A DNA stretch of 64,000 bases from Eledone cirrhosa (lineage: Eukaryota). Position 1 is the stretch's first letter. The number at the start of each line of letters is the position of its first letter. The translations under genes and the position numbers were made by a program. This document shows positions 41,020 to 57,080 of the stretch, piece by piece. Location: contig OZ024753.1 in the NCBI GenBank assembly GCA_964016885.1, positions 28,148,001-28,212,000 on the forward strand, in the 5' to 3' direction. A model generated the notes under the pieces. That model was not told the origin of the DNA, did not search any database, and saw only the letters and a program-made list of their open reading frames with translations.

Positions 41020-42269
41020 TATTATAAGATAGATAAGCACCTATCTTTTATATATATATATATATATTATTATTATTATTATTATAAGCATATATATATA
41101 TATATATGTACACCATCATTATCATCAACACTGTTTTACATATTTTACATCTATCTTGTATATAACTGTGTATGTATATAAATATGTGTGTGTATATATA
41201 TATAAATATATGTATGTGTGTGTATGTAGATATGTATGTGTATATAAATATATGTGTGTGTGTGTATGCAGGTATGTATGGTTACATGCAGTAATTCTTT
41301 TGTATTTTCAGTTATATTTCCTCTTCTCCATCCCAGTTGCTTTCAGCAAAAACGTTAAAAAAATCTACACAATGTCACTAATGTTGCTTCTGAAGAAGCG
41401 GTAACTTAGCACCACCTCTCTTCCCAAACTGTTACACCACCACCTACCTCATCACCTCCACCACCTCCCTCATCACCTCCACCACTTCCCTTATCACCTC
41501 CACCTCAACTACCACCACCTCTCTTCCCAAACTGTTACACCACCACCGCCACCACCAACACAACCTCTCTTCCCAAACTGTTACATCACCACCTCCCTCA
41601 TCTCCTCCACCACTACCAACACCACCACTACCCTCACCTCCACCAACACCGCCCTCAAAACTACCACCACCACCACCTTTCTTACCTACCATTACACCAT
41701 CACTATTCTAGCTAGCATTGGACACACCCTCTCCCCCCCCCCTACTTACATAAACAACAATGTTACATTGATATCCGTGTGAAAGTTGCTACAAAACTTA
41801 CTGAATGCTATACAAACACATAACCAGGTAAGAAGAACAACAACAGTAGGGTGTGAAGTGAGATTTGAGGGAAATTTAGTTGCTATTTATAGCAGATCAT
41901 GAGACCATGTAGCCGCTCCTTCATTAATGAATCTCCAATTGGCTCAAGCTTCTTTAGGATGATTTGTGGCCAAGCATATCAACAACAACATTACTAAGAA
42001 TATTTTCCAAGAACAAACTAAAGAACAACAGACCTGCCAACCTCTAAAAACCCAAACAGGGAGTACCATGAAAAAAAGGTGCCCCAAAACAGGGAAAAAT
42101 GAGGGAAAATGGGGAGATTTTACATAACGAAAGCTATACCCATTTTCATAAGAGAAGATATCTCTCACCCACCCCAAAGTAGGTGGGAGATCTCCCTGTC
42201 TAATGGAGAGATTTGACTTGTCTGCTTCTGCCAATGCCCCCAACACTACCTTTACCACTAACACCACTA

Positions 42270-42640
42270 CAACCAGCACTACCATCAGTGTCAATACTCC
42301 TAACACCACCACCATCAGTGTCAATACTCCTAACACCACCACGATCATTATCAATACTCCTAACACCACCACCACCACCATCATTGTCAATACTCCTAAC
42401 ATCACCACCACTGAAACAAATGCCACAAATCCACTGCCAACACTACCACCCCAACTAACACCACTAACTCCACCACCAAGACAAACACAACCAGCCTCAC
42501 CACCAAGACAAACACAACCAGCCTCACCACCAAGACAAATACAACCAGCCTCACCACCAAGACAAATACAACCAGCCTCACCACCAAGACAAATACAACC
42601 AGCCTCACCACCAAGACAAATACAACCAGCCTCACCACCA
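42270..42640. repeat. 30-bp and 27-bp short tandem arrays
   Basis: TCAATACTCCTAACACCACC and CACCACCAAGACAAA.ACAACCAGCCT units. Confidence 0.85.
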
Positions 42641-43709
42641 AATATCCCAATCAATAATAACATTGCTGCACTTCATCTTCCTATTGTTTATCACTCGTAA
42701 TGGTGTGATGGTAGATGGATTTTTTTTTGTTTGTTGGAAACCCCCTTCTCTTCTCATTACTGCCATGTCACACCATACCCTTTACCATTCATACCCATCA
42801 AAACACATCTCTGCTCATTACAGATCATTACCATCTGCTTCTCTTCTTTGTATTTTCCATGTTCTATACCACCCCTACCCAGAGTCTCCTCCCTAAACAC
42901 AATCAATGACCCCAGGTGACTCTGCTGTTTGCCCCCTACCTCCACCCCCACCACCTCCGTCATATCACACAATGTATTCTGTAGAGTAATGAGTCTTCTT
43001 CTAACTCCACCCCACCTTGCCCCAACTGCTGAAAGGAACAGACATTCCACAGCAATGCAGATCTTCCCCTTTCCAACACATGTAAACATGAGAACAATGA
43101 CACTAACAACTAAACTGCAGTGAGGCTTGCATTTACATATAAATATTTACACACAAACACATTCTCCTCCCCCCCCCCTCTCTCTCTCTATTTATATATA
43201 TATATGAGAGAGAGAGTGGGGGACAGAGATAGATATAGATATACAAAAGTATTTGAAGGAAATTAAAACCAACTTTCATTAAAAACTGTTCGATCACTTA
43301 GAACTGTTTCCAGTGTAAAGAGAAATGGATCTGTCCATTTATTAATTGGTAAATCCAAAGGTCTTCATACCTTCATCAAAATGGAAAAAACTTATTTCAA
43401 TACAACATCACATAAAACATAAACTCATATGAAGCAATATATATGTGCCAGATTAAGCACACTCTACCAATTTTACTGATCCATAGATTAAGTATTGATA
43501 CAGGGATGTTAAATTTTGATATTTTATTTTGTGATGCACATTTCTAGGTTTATCTGCTGGACTTGGACAGCTCTTCGATCCCTGTCACACAGACAAGCTT
43601 TCTTTATATTAAGAAAAATATATATCAGTATACCACTAAACTGTCATTTTAGCATATGGCTTAAGTTGTCCTCTCACAAAAGCCTCTGCAGTGCACTCTG
43701 CATGTGAGT

Positions 43710-44300
43710 GGATTTCCACTGAAGCAGGTGGAGAATTTCAAGTATCTTAAGACCGTTTTTATTAGTGATGGAAGGTATTAAGCAAAAATTGCAGGAGCTG
43801 GTGCAGTAATGTGCCAGCTTCAACACTGTAAAAATCAAACTCACTATCTTCAATTCGGTATTTGTACCAACCTTTTCCTATGGTCATGAACCTTTGGTAA
43901 TGACTAAAAGAATTCAATTGCAAATACAAGTGGTTGGAATGGGGTTCCTCCAAAGAGTTTTTGGAGTAATGTTACTTGATAGTGAATAGCTTGGAGATCA
44001 GGGAGTCACTTCAGATAGAGCCACTACTTCTCTGAATCAAGAGATCACAGCTTCGATACTATGGACATGTGGTTGAAATGTCTAAGGAAAGAATCGTTGG
44101 ACAGATTTTATGAGCAAAGCCAACTCAGAGGTAGACCACAAGCAAAATGATTGGATAACACTTGTAAGCTCGGTTGTTCCTGCTTGGGGATCCTGCTGGA
44201 ACATTTGGAGATGGTTGCTTCTGACAAGACCCACTGGAAGGCATGTCTGAGAACTCTACTCCTACGACCTTCTCAGGAATAAGTGAGAGAAGAAGAAGAC
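43710..44300 (+). mobile_element. Degenerate RTE-like LINE 3' fragment
   Basis: QVENFKYL, YGHE and QLRYYGHV-like remnants. A related minus-strand relic lies at about 51330-51700. Confidence 0.6.
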
Positions 44301-45317
44301 TTATGTTTGTTCAATGTTTGTTTATATGCGGTAGAAGCGGTATTTTTAGGTATCAGTGGGTGGGATTTGTATGTCGTGTACTTGTTGCTGACTGCTTACT
44401 TTGTATGAGGAAGGTAGTAGGTATGTAAACAGGATACCTCACAAACCCCTATTAACCCCTCCATTTTTGATATAGTATCCACTACACCTTTATACCCACC
44501 CCGTCCACCACATCCTCTCTGTGGATATGACCTAATCTGTTCATACCCAATCCACTTTCTCATCGCTCTTTACTAAATGATTTCATCATCACCCCTGCCT
44601 CCTGTCTGTCCTACAATATTCTACTACAACCATAAAGAGGATGTTACCTTTGCTCCATTCATACCTAAACTCTCCATTGTCACTGTACCTTCCACTCTAT
44701 CTGAGATCACTCACACCCTTATTCTCCCTCACATTACATTACTAAATCCCACTACAGTTATCATACTCCCGTGACATCGTGCTTGTCATCTTTATTACAC
44801 ACCACCGCCTGTTCTATTCTCACTCCTTAAATATGGCTGCCTTGGGATAAAGCATCCTCCACTATTGGTAAGAGACGAGTCTTCAGTCAAATTACCAACA
44901 ATCTCCCTATTGCTGGTGCCATGATATCTAGTTTCTGTTGTACAAATATAACATGGAATAAACTGAAGAACACTGAAAACTCAGAGCAGACAGATAAACG
45001 GAAGTGTTCCACTCATCAGCTATCAACTGGGTGGGTGTCTTTGTAGTTTCAGGTGCTATGACAACACCACTCTTCTCAGCATACCTAAAAATAAAAGATA
45101 AGAACAAAATTATACAGGTGAGGTGATGTGAGGGTTGGAGATCTTTCAACTCAATCGACAGGGACGCAAGACAAAAATGTACATATCAACCAATACTAAA
45201 CAGGAAAGCTCCTAAAATAAAATGCAAAGAAAACACAACAAAGAAATATGTTGATAGTTAACCGTAGGGAAAAGGAAAAGCTTGTAACAACTTAGTTTGA
45301 GCGATAGCTCTTAAATT

Positions 45318-46772
<1,455 letters not shown>

Positions 46773-47626
46773 CAACCTACAACTTCACCAAGAACCAATA
46801 CATCTGCCATTTTTCTTTTTGTATTTCGGTAGCATGTTATATGGCATTGGTTGTGGAATGTGCAGATATAGATATAAGCTGAGGCAGGTATGTGTGTACT
46901 TATGCACATATACACATGTACATATAAACATTCATCTGTATATATGCATGCTCTTACATAGCGTCTGTATTCCTCTCTCCCAAAATATCTACAAACATGT
47001 CACACCCTACTCTTTCTCACCCTTTTTTAGATTCTTTCAGCCTACTCATTTTCTCTTTGTATATATTTATAACCACATCTTGTTTGTACATTCCATATTT
47101 TGGCATAATTTCTACAGTTGGATGCCCTTCATAATGTCATTCATTCACTTTACATACTGTACTTGGCGTATTTTATTGTGGAGAGCACTGGAGAGGTTGT
47201 CATATCCTTGACACAAGTTGAACAGTGCCCTGAACTCATTGTTTGGCAGGTTTTCTACAGCTAAATACTCTTCCTAATGCTACCACTTTATGGAGTATGC
47301 TGGGTGTATTTTTTGGTATCATTTCTACAACTGAATGCCCTTCCTCACACCAACCACTTTACAGAGTGTATTGGATGCAAGTTACCCTGGTAAACATGTA
47401 TGTATATATTAGAATATGTTTGCGTTGTAAACATTTACACACTGATTTCCTTTAGTTTTCCTCTGGAGAGTACCATGACCTTTTATCAAAATTACTTCAA
47501 AACATGGTTCAATGAAAATCATGCCATGATTAAAGGGATACCAGCAACAAGCATTTTATGGCTATTTTCTCTGCTTAAGCAGAGATTTGCTGTTATGGTT
47601 AAAGAGAATTATATATTTGTATGCTC

Positions 47627-47657
<31 letters not shown>

Positions 47658-47812
47658 TGTATATAGTAATGATAATTATGAAAACAAAAGTCTGAAGAGG
47701 GCTCGATAAGGATATATATAGGGCGGAAGCAGAGATTCTTTGCTTAAACTGTACTAATAATAAATATATATATGTGACAGTTTTGTTATTTTTATCTTTT
47801 CCTAAATTGTAG

Positions 47813-47948
47813 GTCTCATAAGGAATCCAAAAAACATTCTCAGGAGGAAAAACAAACAGAGACCACCAGCACAACCTCAGACAAATTCAGAACTACCATT
47901 CCATCTTGGAAAAAAGATCTTATTGAGAAAAAGAAGAGAAAACCTTTT
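47813..47948 (+). CDS. MAP3K1: MAP3K1 exon 2 (SHKESKK...TIPSWKKDLIEKKKRKPF)
   Basis: Polypyrimidine tract + TAG acceptor, GTGAGT donor. Resembles human MAP3K1 CMPAWKHEWLERRNRRGP. Phase 2 to 0. Confidence 0.8.
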
Positions 47949-49419
47949 GTGAGTAATTCGACACCCATCTTTTGTCATTCTATTATATTGCATTTGGGAG
48001 GGCAGAGGATTGGCAGAATCGGTAGAGCATCAGACACCATACTTTGCAGCATAGGGTTACGACCCTTTACATTCTGTGTTCATATCCCACCGAGGTTAGC
48101 TTTGCCTTCCATCCTTACTTCATTTTATGGTTGATAAAATAAAGTACCAGTCACGCACTAGGGTCAATTTAATCGACTTTCCCCTCCCACCAAATTGCTG
48201 GCCTTGTGCCTAAATCAGAAACTATTATATTAGATTTGGCAATCAATATTGTTGTTGGTTACAAGTTTCCAATGAATCAATAACTGGTTTACTGTATTTC
48301 TGATGTAGAATGTAACTACGTCCATGTAACTCAAATGGAACCGCTATTACATGGGGCAGTTTTATTTCAGATCACTGGGTTTTGTATTTATCTGTATTGT
48401 TATTATTATTATCTTTCACTGATGACAGGAAGAGAATCCAGCTTTAAAAAAACCTGCCAAACAAATGATTTCACGAGGACTTGTCTTTCAAGTCAAAGAC
48501 ATATCAATATTACTAGAGCTAGTATCAAGATAAAATACACTCAGTTGTGTGCAAGATCATATGTAAGTGAGATGAAGGCTCCTAGCTTTTCTGAGTGGGA
48601 AGTAGCCCTGCTTTAATGCTGATTGATCTGTGAAGACCCATCCAACCACTGCTTAGCAGGGAAAACACATTCAATGATGATGATGATTTTGATTCTAGAT
48701 GACCCTGTGGAAATTCCACGGTTTAATTAGAAATAACCTCTTTGGCATTTACATTACTCTCTATATAATATAATATATACTATTCTAGTAACTGTGTTTA
48801 GATAAATGGTGTTAAGTGACAACCATTCAATGTGGGTGTTGGACTCTGCCAAAGGTGCAAATTGTCACCTCTCCTTGACAGGCTGGAAGTGGGTATAGGA
48901 CCAATCACTTGGAATTTGCAGACAACTTATAAATACAATATTTTAAATGTCTCTATTACTCTATTAGATGTTCCAGGCAACAGGCTGAGGCCATGCTGGG
49001 GCACTGCCATTGGCTACTAACTTTTGATGACCCCTATTTATATTATTTTATATGTTTTTACACCATTAACTATTCATTCACGATGATACTGTCAAATAAG
49101 AGAATTACTGTACAAAAACATATTTAATTTTTTGTCAAAAGATATTCTAATTAATTGATTGAACAATAATTCTCATTATTCCTCACTAAATAAATGAGTG
49201 AATAAGTTCAGTGAACAGTGAAACAGCCATATTAAATTCTTTCAGATTTAGTAATTTATATTGAATCACAATCTCTCATACATTCTATTGAAAATATTAA
49301 TTCTATTAGGTTCCTTCTTCAAATCTTTACAGAAAGATTTGGTTTTATTTAATATGTGAAACAAAATACCCCATAAAAATTATTATTTTTAAAAAAGGAA
49401 ATTTTCTTTGAAGTAATAG

Positions 49420-49690
49420 TAAATGGAAAAAAGGGGTTTCAAACTCCCTCCACTACCAAACGGGAAAAGGGGTTTAAGCCTCCCTCATACCAAATGGAAA
49501 AAAAGGGGGTTGAGCCTCCCTCTACTACCAATCGGAAAAAAGGGGGTATGAGCCTCCCTCTACTACTAAACGGAAAAAAGGGGATTTGAAACTTCCTTCT
49601 ACCAAACAGCAAAAAGAGGGTTGAGCATCCCTACACTATCAAACAGAAAAAAGAAGGTTTGAGCCTCCCTACACTACAAAAAAAAAGTCA
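49420..49690. repeat. ~37-bp tandem repeat
   Basis: GGAAAAAAGGGG.TT.AGCCTCCCTCTACTACCAAA variants. Confidence 0.8.
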
Positions 49691-49849
49691 CATATTTAAA
49701 ACAACAATGACATGACAATACAAAAAAATTGGTATTGTTTCAATAAAACCTCGAACATATATTAGTATGTTTGTCTGCCTCTCCCTTTCTCTCTCCCCCT
49801 CTCCTTTTCTCTCTCCCCCTCTCCCCTTCACTCTCCCCCCTCTCTATAT

Positions 49850-50340
49850 ACCTCATTCCCCCTGCCTCTCTATGTACCTCACTCTCTCCCCTCTCTCTGT
49901 ACCTCACTCTCTTCCCTCTCTCTGTACATCACTCTCTCTTCCTCTCTATGTACCTCACTCCTCTCTCCGCCTCTCTATGTACCTCACTCTCTCCCTGCCT
50001 CTTTGTACCTCACTCTCTCCCCGCCTCTCTATGTACCTCACTCCCCCCTCTCTATGTACCTCACTCTACCCCCCTCTCTCTATGTACCTCACTCTACCCC
50101 TCTGTCTCTCTATGTACCTCACTCTACCCCTCTGTCTCTCTATGTACCTCACTCTACCCCTCTGTCTCTCTATATACCTCACTCTACCCCTCTGTCTCTC
50201 TATGTACCTCACTCTACCCCCTCTGTCTCTCTATGTACCTCACTCTACCCCTCTGTCTCTCTATGTACCTCACTCTACCCCTCTGTCTCTCTATGTACCT
50301 CACTCTACCCCCTCTGTCTCTCTATGTACCTCACTCTCCA
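49850..50340. repeat. 30-bp pyrimidine-rich minisatellite
   Basis: CTCTATGTACCTCACTCTACCCCTCTGTCT units. Confidence 0.9.
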
Positions 50341-52267
50341 CTTTTGTGAAACACATTGTGTATCTAAAACAATATCTAAATACTTATTGTCAAACTAATT
50401 AAATACAGCTGTAGTGTTTAAACACACCACGACCAACAACATATCCACAAAGACACTTTATTCTTAATATTTGATAAAGATGGAGAAAGTGATTTCTAAG
50501 CCGTTGCTTGTTTTTATATTAACTATGGAAAAATTTCTCTCTTTTGTCAGTATATTGGCAGTATCGGTAGAGTGTCGGTCAACATGCTTTTATGGCATAG
50601 AGTTACAGTCTTTTATGTTCTAACAGCACTTCTGTTCCTGTAGAGTTTGTCTCGAACTGATAGTACCAGACAAGGGATTTCTTAAAGTTATTTATAGACC
50701 TGGGTTAAAAGTCTTTTAGAACAGACTAGCAGTAATTAACTAATTTTTCTCTAGATGGAGGAGGGGAAGAAACAATTATGTGAATGTCATCGTTGAATAT
50801 CAGGGATAGATAATTAGTCTAAAAGTATCTGGTACACCATTTGGGCTGCTGCATACACACCCATAAACACATAAATACACACACACACCTATAAATACAT
50901 ATATATACATACACACACACACCTATAAATACATATATATATATACATACACATACATATACACACACACCTATAAACTCATAAATACAGACACACACTT
51001 ATAAACAGATACATATATATCCACATCCATAAACACACATATATATATATATATACACACACATACCTATAAACACATACATATACACATACCATATGTC
51101 TATAAATGTACATATATACACACACATTTATACATACCCCCTCCCTGTACACATACACACATGTACACACATGATCTATCTAAGTCCACTCACATCCTGT
51201 TATTGTAATCTTTAACTGTGATATTTTCCCTGTCTACTGTGATATAATATTACAGAATCTACATTATCATGTGATTATGTTTTATTTGTGTATAAATGGT
51301 AGAATCGGAAGAGTGCTGAACGAAAAGACTCTTCTTCTTCTTCACCCATTTATTCCTGAGAGGATCGAAAGGGCAGAGTCCTCAAACACACCTTCTAGCA
51401 GGTCCTGTCAAAAGCAACTGATCCGGCTGGGTCTGCTCCTGGGTCTCTTGCCAGTTGGTTTTGCCCATAAAATCTGTCCAGCAATTCTTTCCTGAGACAT
51501 TCTAACCACATGTCCATAGTATCAGAGCTGTGATCTCTCAATTCAAAGAAGTAGCGGCTCTGCCTGGAGCAATTCTCTGATCTCTAAGCTATGCACTCTA
51601 TTGAGTAACATTACTCCAAAGACCCTTCGGAGTGACCCCATTTTGGAGGCTTCTATTTGCAATCATATTCTTTCAGTCAATATCCAAGATTTATGACCTG
51701 GCAGTATTTAATAAGGTCCATTTATATTCTTTACTCAATTCCTACCAGTGACAACATCCAGTGATGGATCAGGAGTGGCTGGGCTCTACCCAAAAGCCTC
51801 CAATATCTAAAGAATCCTAATTAATTTTTTTGCTACCATAAATAATATGTAATGTATCCAACCAGAATTCTCTCACCTCTTTCTGTTCAAACTGGTCGAA
51901 ATCAGCTACTCATACAGATGTTAAGGTATTGTTCTCAAAATAAATAATATCAAAATCTCATAGATGAGATAATTATGTTAGATAAAACCTTTACTGCAAA
52001 AATACAATAGTAAATATAGAGTAATGTAAATGCTAAAGGGTTAATCTACTCCTGATTTCTTTGTTTTTCATCTTTCCACGAGCACTAGAATACTTACTAG
52101 TCATGTGTTGGGGGTTGATATAATCAAATACAGCCAACCCCAATATTCATTGACATATGCCTATGTTAAAAATGATTATTATTATCATTCTGTCATGCTG
52201 TACAGATGGATAATGCACCAGTGTATTTAGTGATCTGTCAAGTCACAAACAAGGACCTCAGATAAAT

Positions 52268-52450
52268 AATTGTTTCTACTTTAGGCACAAGGCCAGCAAT
52301 TACCCAGTGCATTACTGGTACTTTATTTTATCGACCTCGTAAGGATGAAAGGCAAAGTCAACCTCGGTGGGATTTGAACTCAGATCGTAAAGGGACGTAA
52401 CTATGCTGGAAAGCATGGTGTCCGACCCTCTACCGATACTGCCAATCCAC
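52268..52450 (-). mobile_element. tRNA-SINE copy
   Basis: Near-identical to 28342-28520. Confidence 0.8.
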
Positions 52451-53026
52451 CATCAGATAAATAATACTTCCTGAAAATGTGCACAGTACCTAGCAAAGCC
52501 ATCTTTTGTATGACACCTAACTTGTATGGTATTCCCAGTCACTTTAAGATGTTTTGAAGTTTCAATCTGGTTAACACTGATGCCCTGATTACAACTGGTA
52601 TTACTTTCACATTACTCTCTTGCATTCCAAATAGTCTTGCCAGCTCCACTTTCAATTCAGAGAACTTGTTGATATTTTCAATCTCCTGATGTGTGTAAAT
52701 TTATCTACAAACCTTCCATTATAATTTATGTAAGAACCATTAAGTTATCTTCCAACACCAGCTTAATAACGAGAAAGTTAGTTATATTACTAAATTACTC
52801 TAATTCTTCATTATTTAAAAAATTATTTGAAAATCCTAGGTAGCATCTTTGGTAATAAAAGGGTTAAAACTGCAGATGCGAACTCACTGTATATATGAAC
52901 TCACTGTATATATGTTTGTGTGTTTACATTACAAATGAGAGAAAGTATGACTGAATACCTCTAGTAGATTTTATTCATTTATAGTGAATATATTATTTTC
53001 AACCCCTTTTCCTATCTGTTTGACAG

Positions 53027-53176
53027 ATCCCGGTTAATGGAGTCAGTGAAGTATTCAGACGAAGGGCTCAGATGGCGGCCAAAGAGTCCCCCTTTACCCA
53101 ACAAGTTGTTAACACAGGACCTCTCTCACATGGACCCACAACTCTTTATCGACGAAGATTTTCACCGTCTAATTCA
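53027..53176 (+). CDS. MAP3K1: MAP3K1 exon 3 (IPVNGVSEV...RRRFSPSNS)
   Basis: CAG acceptor, GTAGGG donor, 150 nt, phase 0 to 0. IPVNG and RRRFSP echo human IPVKG and RRKRVSP. Confidence 0.75.
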
Positions 53177-54911
53177 GTAGGGACTTTTGAAGTTTTCTTC
53201 TTCTTCGCCCACTTTACCCCCGAGAGGGTAAAGGGAAGTTTTCATCATTTAAAAAAAAAAAAAATTCTCCATAAAACATTTGTTGCTGAGGTTGTTATTG
53301 TTGTTATGGTTCTTGTTGCTTTTGTTGTTGTTGTAATGTGGTGGTCTTTGTTGCTGATATTCCAGTCATGACCAACTCAAAGCAGTGTGGCCAGTTTTTT
53401 GTTGTAGTTAATGTTGTTATTATTATATGGTGTGTTTTTTGTTGTTGATGGCATTCCAGTCATGACTATCCCTAGGCAATTTGATCAGTTTTTTTATGTT
53501 GTGGTTAATGTTGTTGTGATGTAGTTTTTGTTGATGTTGTTCCAGCTTTGATCATCCCTAAGCAATTTAGTCATCTTGTTGTTGTTGTTGTGGTCAATGT
53601 TGTTATTGTTATGTAGTGTTTTTTGTTGATGACATTCCAGTAATGACCATCCGTAGGTAGCTATGTGGTCAGTTGTTTGTTGTTGTGGGTCAGGGTGGTC
53701 ATGTTGGACGTTGAACGGTGGTGGTGGTGGTGTTGATGATGATGGTGTGTGTGGGTGTGGGTGTGTGAGGTAATAGTTTGAAAATCAGGTCAGATTGTGT
53801 TTGAATGTAATGTCACTCGGCATGATGATAATAAGACTGGGGCCTCTATTGTACCCCCCCCCCCAATAAACCTGAAATGTTACATCTTAGGAGGCTGGTT
53901 AAACCCAGGCCCTCATACTGATGTTAAGGTATTGTTTGGAAAATAAATGATATCAAAATCTCATAGATTTGATATTATGTGAGATAATTATGTAAGATAA
54001 AGCCTTTACCACATAAATACAATAGTATATCTAGAGTAATGTAAATGCTAAAGGGTTAATGTCTGCTTTGCCTGCTAGCAAGGGTTGGATGGGTCTATAT
54101 AGAACAAGCCTTTACCACAAAAATACAATAGTAGATATAGAGTAATGTAAATGCTAAAAGGTTAAGACAATCGTATATGATTTGAAGGATATTTAGCAGC
54201 TATTTCTAGCATTCAGAGACCATAAAGAGGCTCTCTTATGTGTGGAGGAGGATAGTACTGTAGTAGGTATAGTAATGTAACATGTCTCAACAAGTAGTAT
54301 GTTGAGAGAATGAGGTGACAGTTGGGTGATTATCTTGTATAGCAGGTCTTGGTAGGTTACTCTTCTTAATTTACTGTCCATTTTATTTTAATATGTTCCA
54401 GAGGTTGTTGTGATATGGTTGGAGAGAGAGTGAGAGGGGGGGGGGGGTAGAGAGAGAAGTAAGATTGAGAGAGAGGGAGAGGGAAGCAATAAACAAGATG
54501 TATTACTCTAGTATGTTAATCACTGTTGTTGTTTTGTACAGATCTTCATATCCAGTTTTGATTGTGTAAATCCATGGACAGACCAATTACTAGAGTAGAC
54601 TAGATTAAACACTCAAATGGTTTTAAATTGTCAGTTGTTACAATGTTAGGTAGAATACTTAGTGATATTTGTTGCAGCTTTCAGTTCAAATACCTCCTAG
54701 GTCAACTTTACACTTTAGAGTACATTTATTTCAAAATAAAAGAAATTCACAAATCATCTACATGTGTTTCATCATCATCACCATTTAACATCCATTTTTC
54801 CATGTTGGTATGGGTTAGACGTGTTATCCTGTTGTGAGCAATGCCAGGATATGGCCGGTTTAAACTGATAGTGTATTCAATGATTTTATCGCTGCTTATT
54901 TTTCATTTCAG

Positions 54912-55127
54912 TTTCGAACTCAGCAAACTGCAGGGCTGTATGGCTATCGCCGTCTCCTCTCACAGAATATCTCCGCTGACCTGACTAGCAACAGTGAACT
55001 GACACGGAAGAGAATCGAGAAAGTTCAACGAGCTCGACTTTACCTCCTTCAACTTACAGGTCCCAATTCCTTTTTGATTGGTGGTGATTCACCTATACAC
55101 AAGTTTAAAGTCATTATTGGACCACAG
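54912..55127 (+). CDS. MAP3K1: MAP3K1 exon 4 (...[33 protein letters not shown])
   Basis: Close match to human [37 protein letters not shown] ends, 216 nt. Confidence 0.95.
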
Positions 55128-55362
55128 GTTTGTATATATGTGTATGTGTTTATTATATATGATGTAAAACTGATGCCCCTCCATACACATGCATGCACAT
55201 GTCTGTGTGTATATCATGACTCATACACTGTTCACTTTCCTAACATTTGTACATTATTCTATGTACTATACACACACCTTTGGTGAGTTGTAGTGTACCT
55301 AAGCACTGTACACAATAATTTACATTATTATTATGACATAAATACAATTATGATGATGATGA

Positions 55363-55400
<38 letters not shown>

Positions 55401-55404
<4 letters not shown>

Positions 55405-56278
55405 TTATCATCATCATCATCAACGTTTAACGTCCGTGTTCCACGCTTGCATGGGTTTGGACGGGGGTAGTCCCACTTGAGGCAAGAGTGATTGTCTTGC
55501 TCGCATAGGACTGTCTGGCAGGTTTTCTACAGTTGGATGCCCTTCCTAACACCAACCACATTTACAGTGTGGGTCTGGGAGGTTTTTACCGTGTTGCCTA
55601 CACGGCCACATTACAGCGTGGACTGTGTTTTTTTGTCGTGACACCTACACGATCTCATTTGTTTCGGCCTGGATGGCGCGGCACCAACATAACTTTACAT
55701 AGAACGGGGTGGTGTGGATGGGGTGGGGGTGGGGGTGGTGGGACGGGGTGTATTTTGTTAGAGATGCCTACTGGCTGGAGTAGGTTTTACTATATATTTA
55801 GGTAAGGCGGGTCTTCTCTGTTACTGAGTACCGCCAAAGGTCTCGGTCCAGTGACATTGTCTTGGAGAGGTGTAAGTGTGTGATGTCGAAGTTTATCAGC
55901 TCGTCCCAGGTTTTTCTAGGTCTGCCTATTCCGTGACTACCGTCTATCTTTATTGCCCTGCACTTTGTTATACAGCTATCGACTTTCATGCGCATCACGT
56001 GTCCATACCAACGTAGCCTTCTCTCGAGTAAACAACATCTGATCCCTCTTATCTCTAATTTTTTCCTTAGTTCGTTTATGCTTTGCCGTTCACGTATATT
56101 ACTGTTACACATCCAGCGGAGCATGCAAGCTTCGTTCCTCTCTAGTCTGCGTATATCCTCTGCACACAATGCCCAGGTCTCACTGCCATGCAGCATTGCT
56201 GTTCGTATGCAGGCATCATACAACCTGCCTTTCATTTTTAGGGAGAACCCTTTAGCAGCTAATAGTGGTATAAGCTCT
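55401..56278 (-). mobile_element. RTE LINE 3' fragment, near-identical to 4909-5785
   Basis: Same C-terminal ORF (two visible amino-acid differences) and same 3'UTR. In MAP3K1 intron 4. Confidence 0.93.
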
Positions 56279-56279
56279 A

Positions 56280-56323
<44 letters not shown>

Positions 56324-56493
56324 TAGGTGCAGGCATGGTTTTGTGGTTAAGAAATGTGCTTCACAGTCACATTGATTTTAGTTTCAATCCCGAGGCTTAA
56401 ATGTTAACTGAGGTGGGCCAATGTCTTGTGAGAGAATTTGATAGATGGAAACTGTAAAGCAACGTGTGTGTGTGTATGTATGTGTGTGTGTAT

Positions 56494-56790
56494 ATCATCA
56501 TCATCATCATTTTACGTTCGCTTTTCCCTGCTTGCAAGGGTGGGACGGGAACTGATTCTGGCTTGATTTCTACAGCTGGATGCCCTTCCTAACAGCAACC
56601 TCATTTACAGTGAGTGCTGGGTGCTTTTTTGCCGTGGCACCTCCATGACCACTTTGCAGTGGAATGATAGGGACCCCAGTCCTATCATCTCATTTCTACA
56701 GCTGAGTAAACTGGAACAATGTGAAATAAAGTGTCTTGCTCAAGGAAACAACACATCACCCGGTCTGAGAATTGAACTCACAACCTTTCG
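56494..56790 (-). mobile_element. tRNA-derived SINE with RTE-derived 3' tail
   Basis: B-box-like GAGTTCAATTCT head, AGGAAGGGCATCCAGCTGTAGAAA body. The last ~45 nt match the RTE end at 34745-34791. Confidence 0.7.
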
Positions 56791-56839
56791 AATACATATA
56801 TATATTTATATGTGTGTGTGTGTGTGTGTGTGTGTATAA

Positions 56840-57080
56840 GGCGCACTTACCTTCACGGATGCTGAAAAGAAAGTAGCATAGAAGAACCATTATGAAAGAT
56901 TACTGAATGAGGAGAATACATGGATGCAAGATGGTCGACTCCAAGTAGACCCAACAGAGGGTCTCGCTGTACAAGTCAGCAGCAGCATAGTAAGTAAGGC
57001 AATTAAGGATATGATGATGGGGAAAGCAGCCAGTCCATTGGGGAAAGTTACTGAGATACTGGAAGCATCTGGGAAAGTGA
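56840..57080 (+). mobile_element. Degenerate RTE fragment
   Basis: HYERLLNEE, PTEGLAVQ and AIKDMMMGKAA resemble the 35921-36772 ORF. Confidence 0.7.

Noticed and set aside
41944-42700. 239-aa and 165-aa repeat ORFs
   Set aside because: Built from 27/30-bp tandem repeats and an interspersed repeat.
43295-43385. Minus-strand hammerhead-like relic (TTGATGA...GAAACAGTTCTA)
   Set aside because: Too degenerate to fold convincingly by eye.
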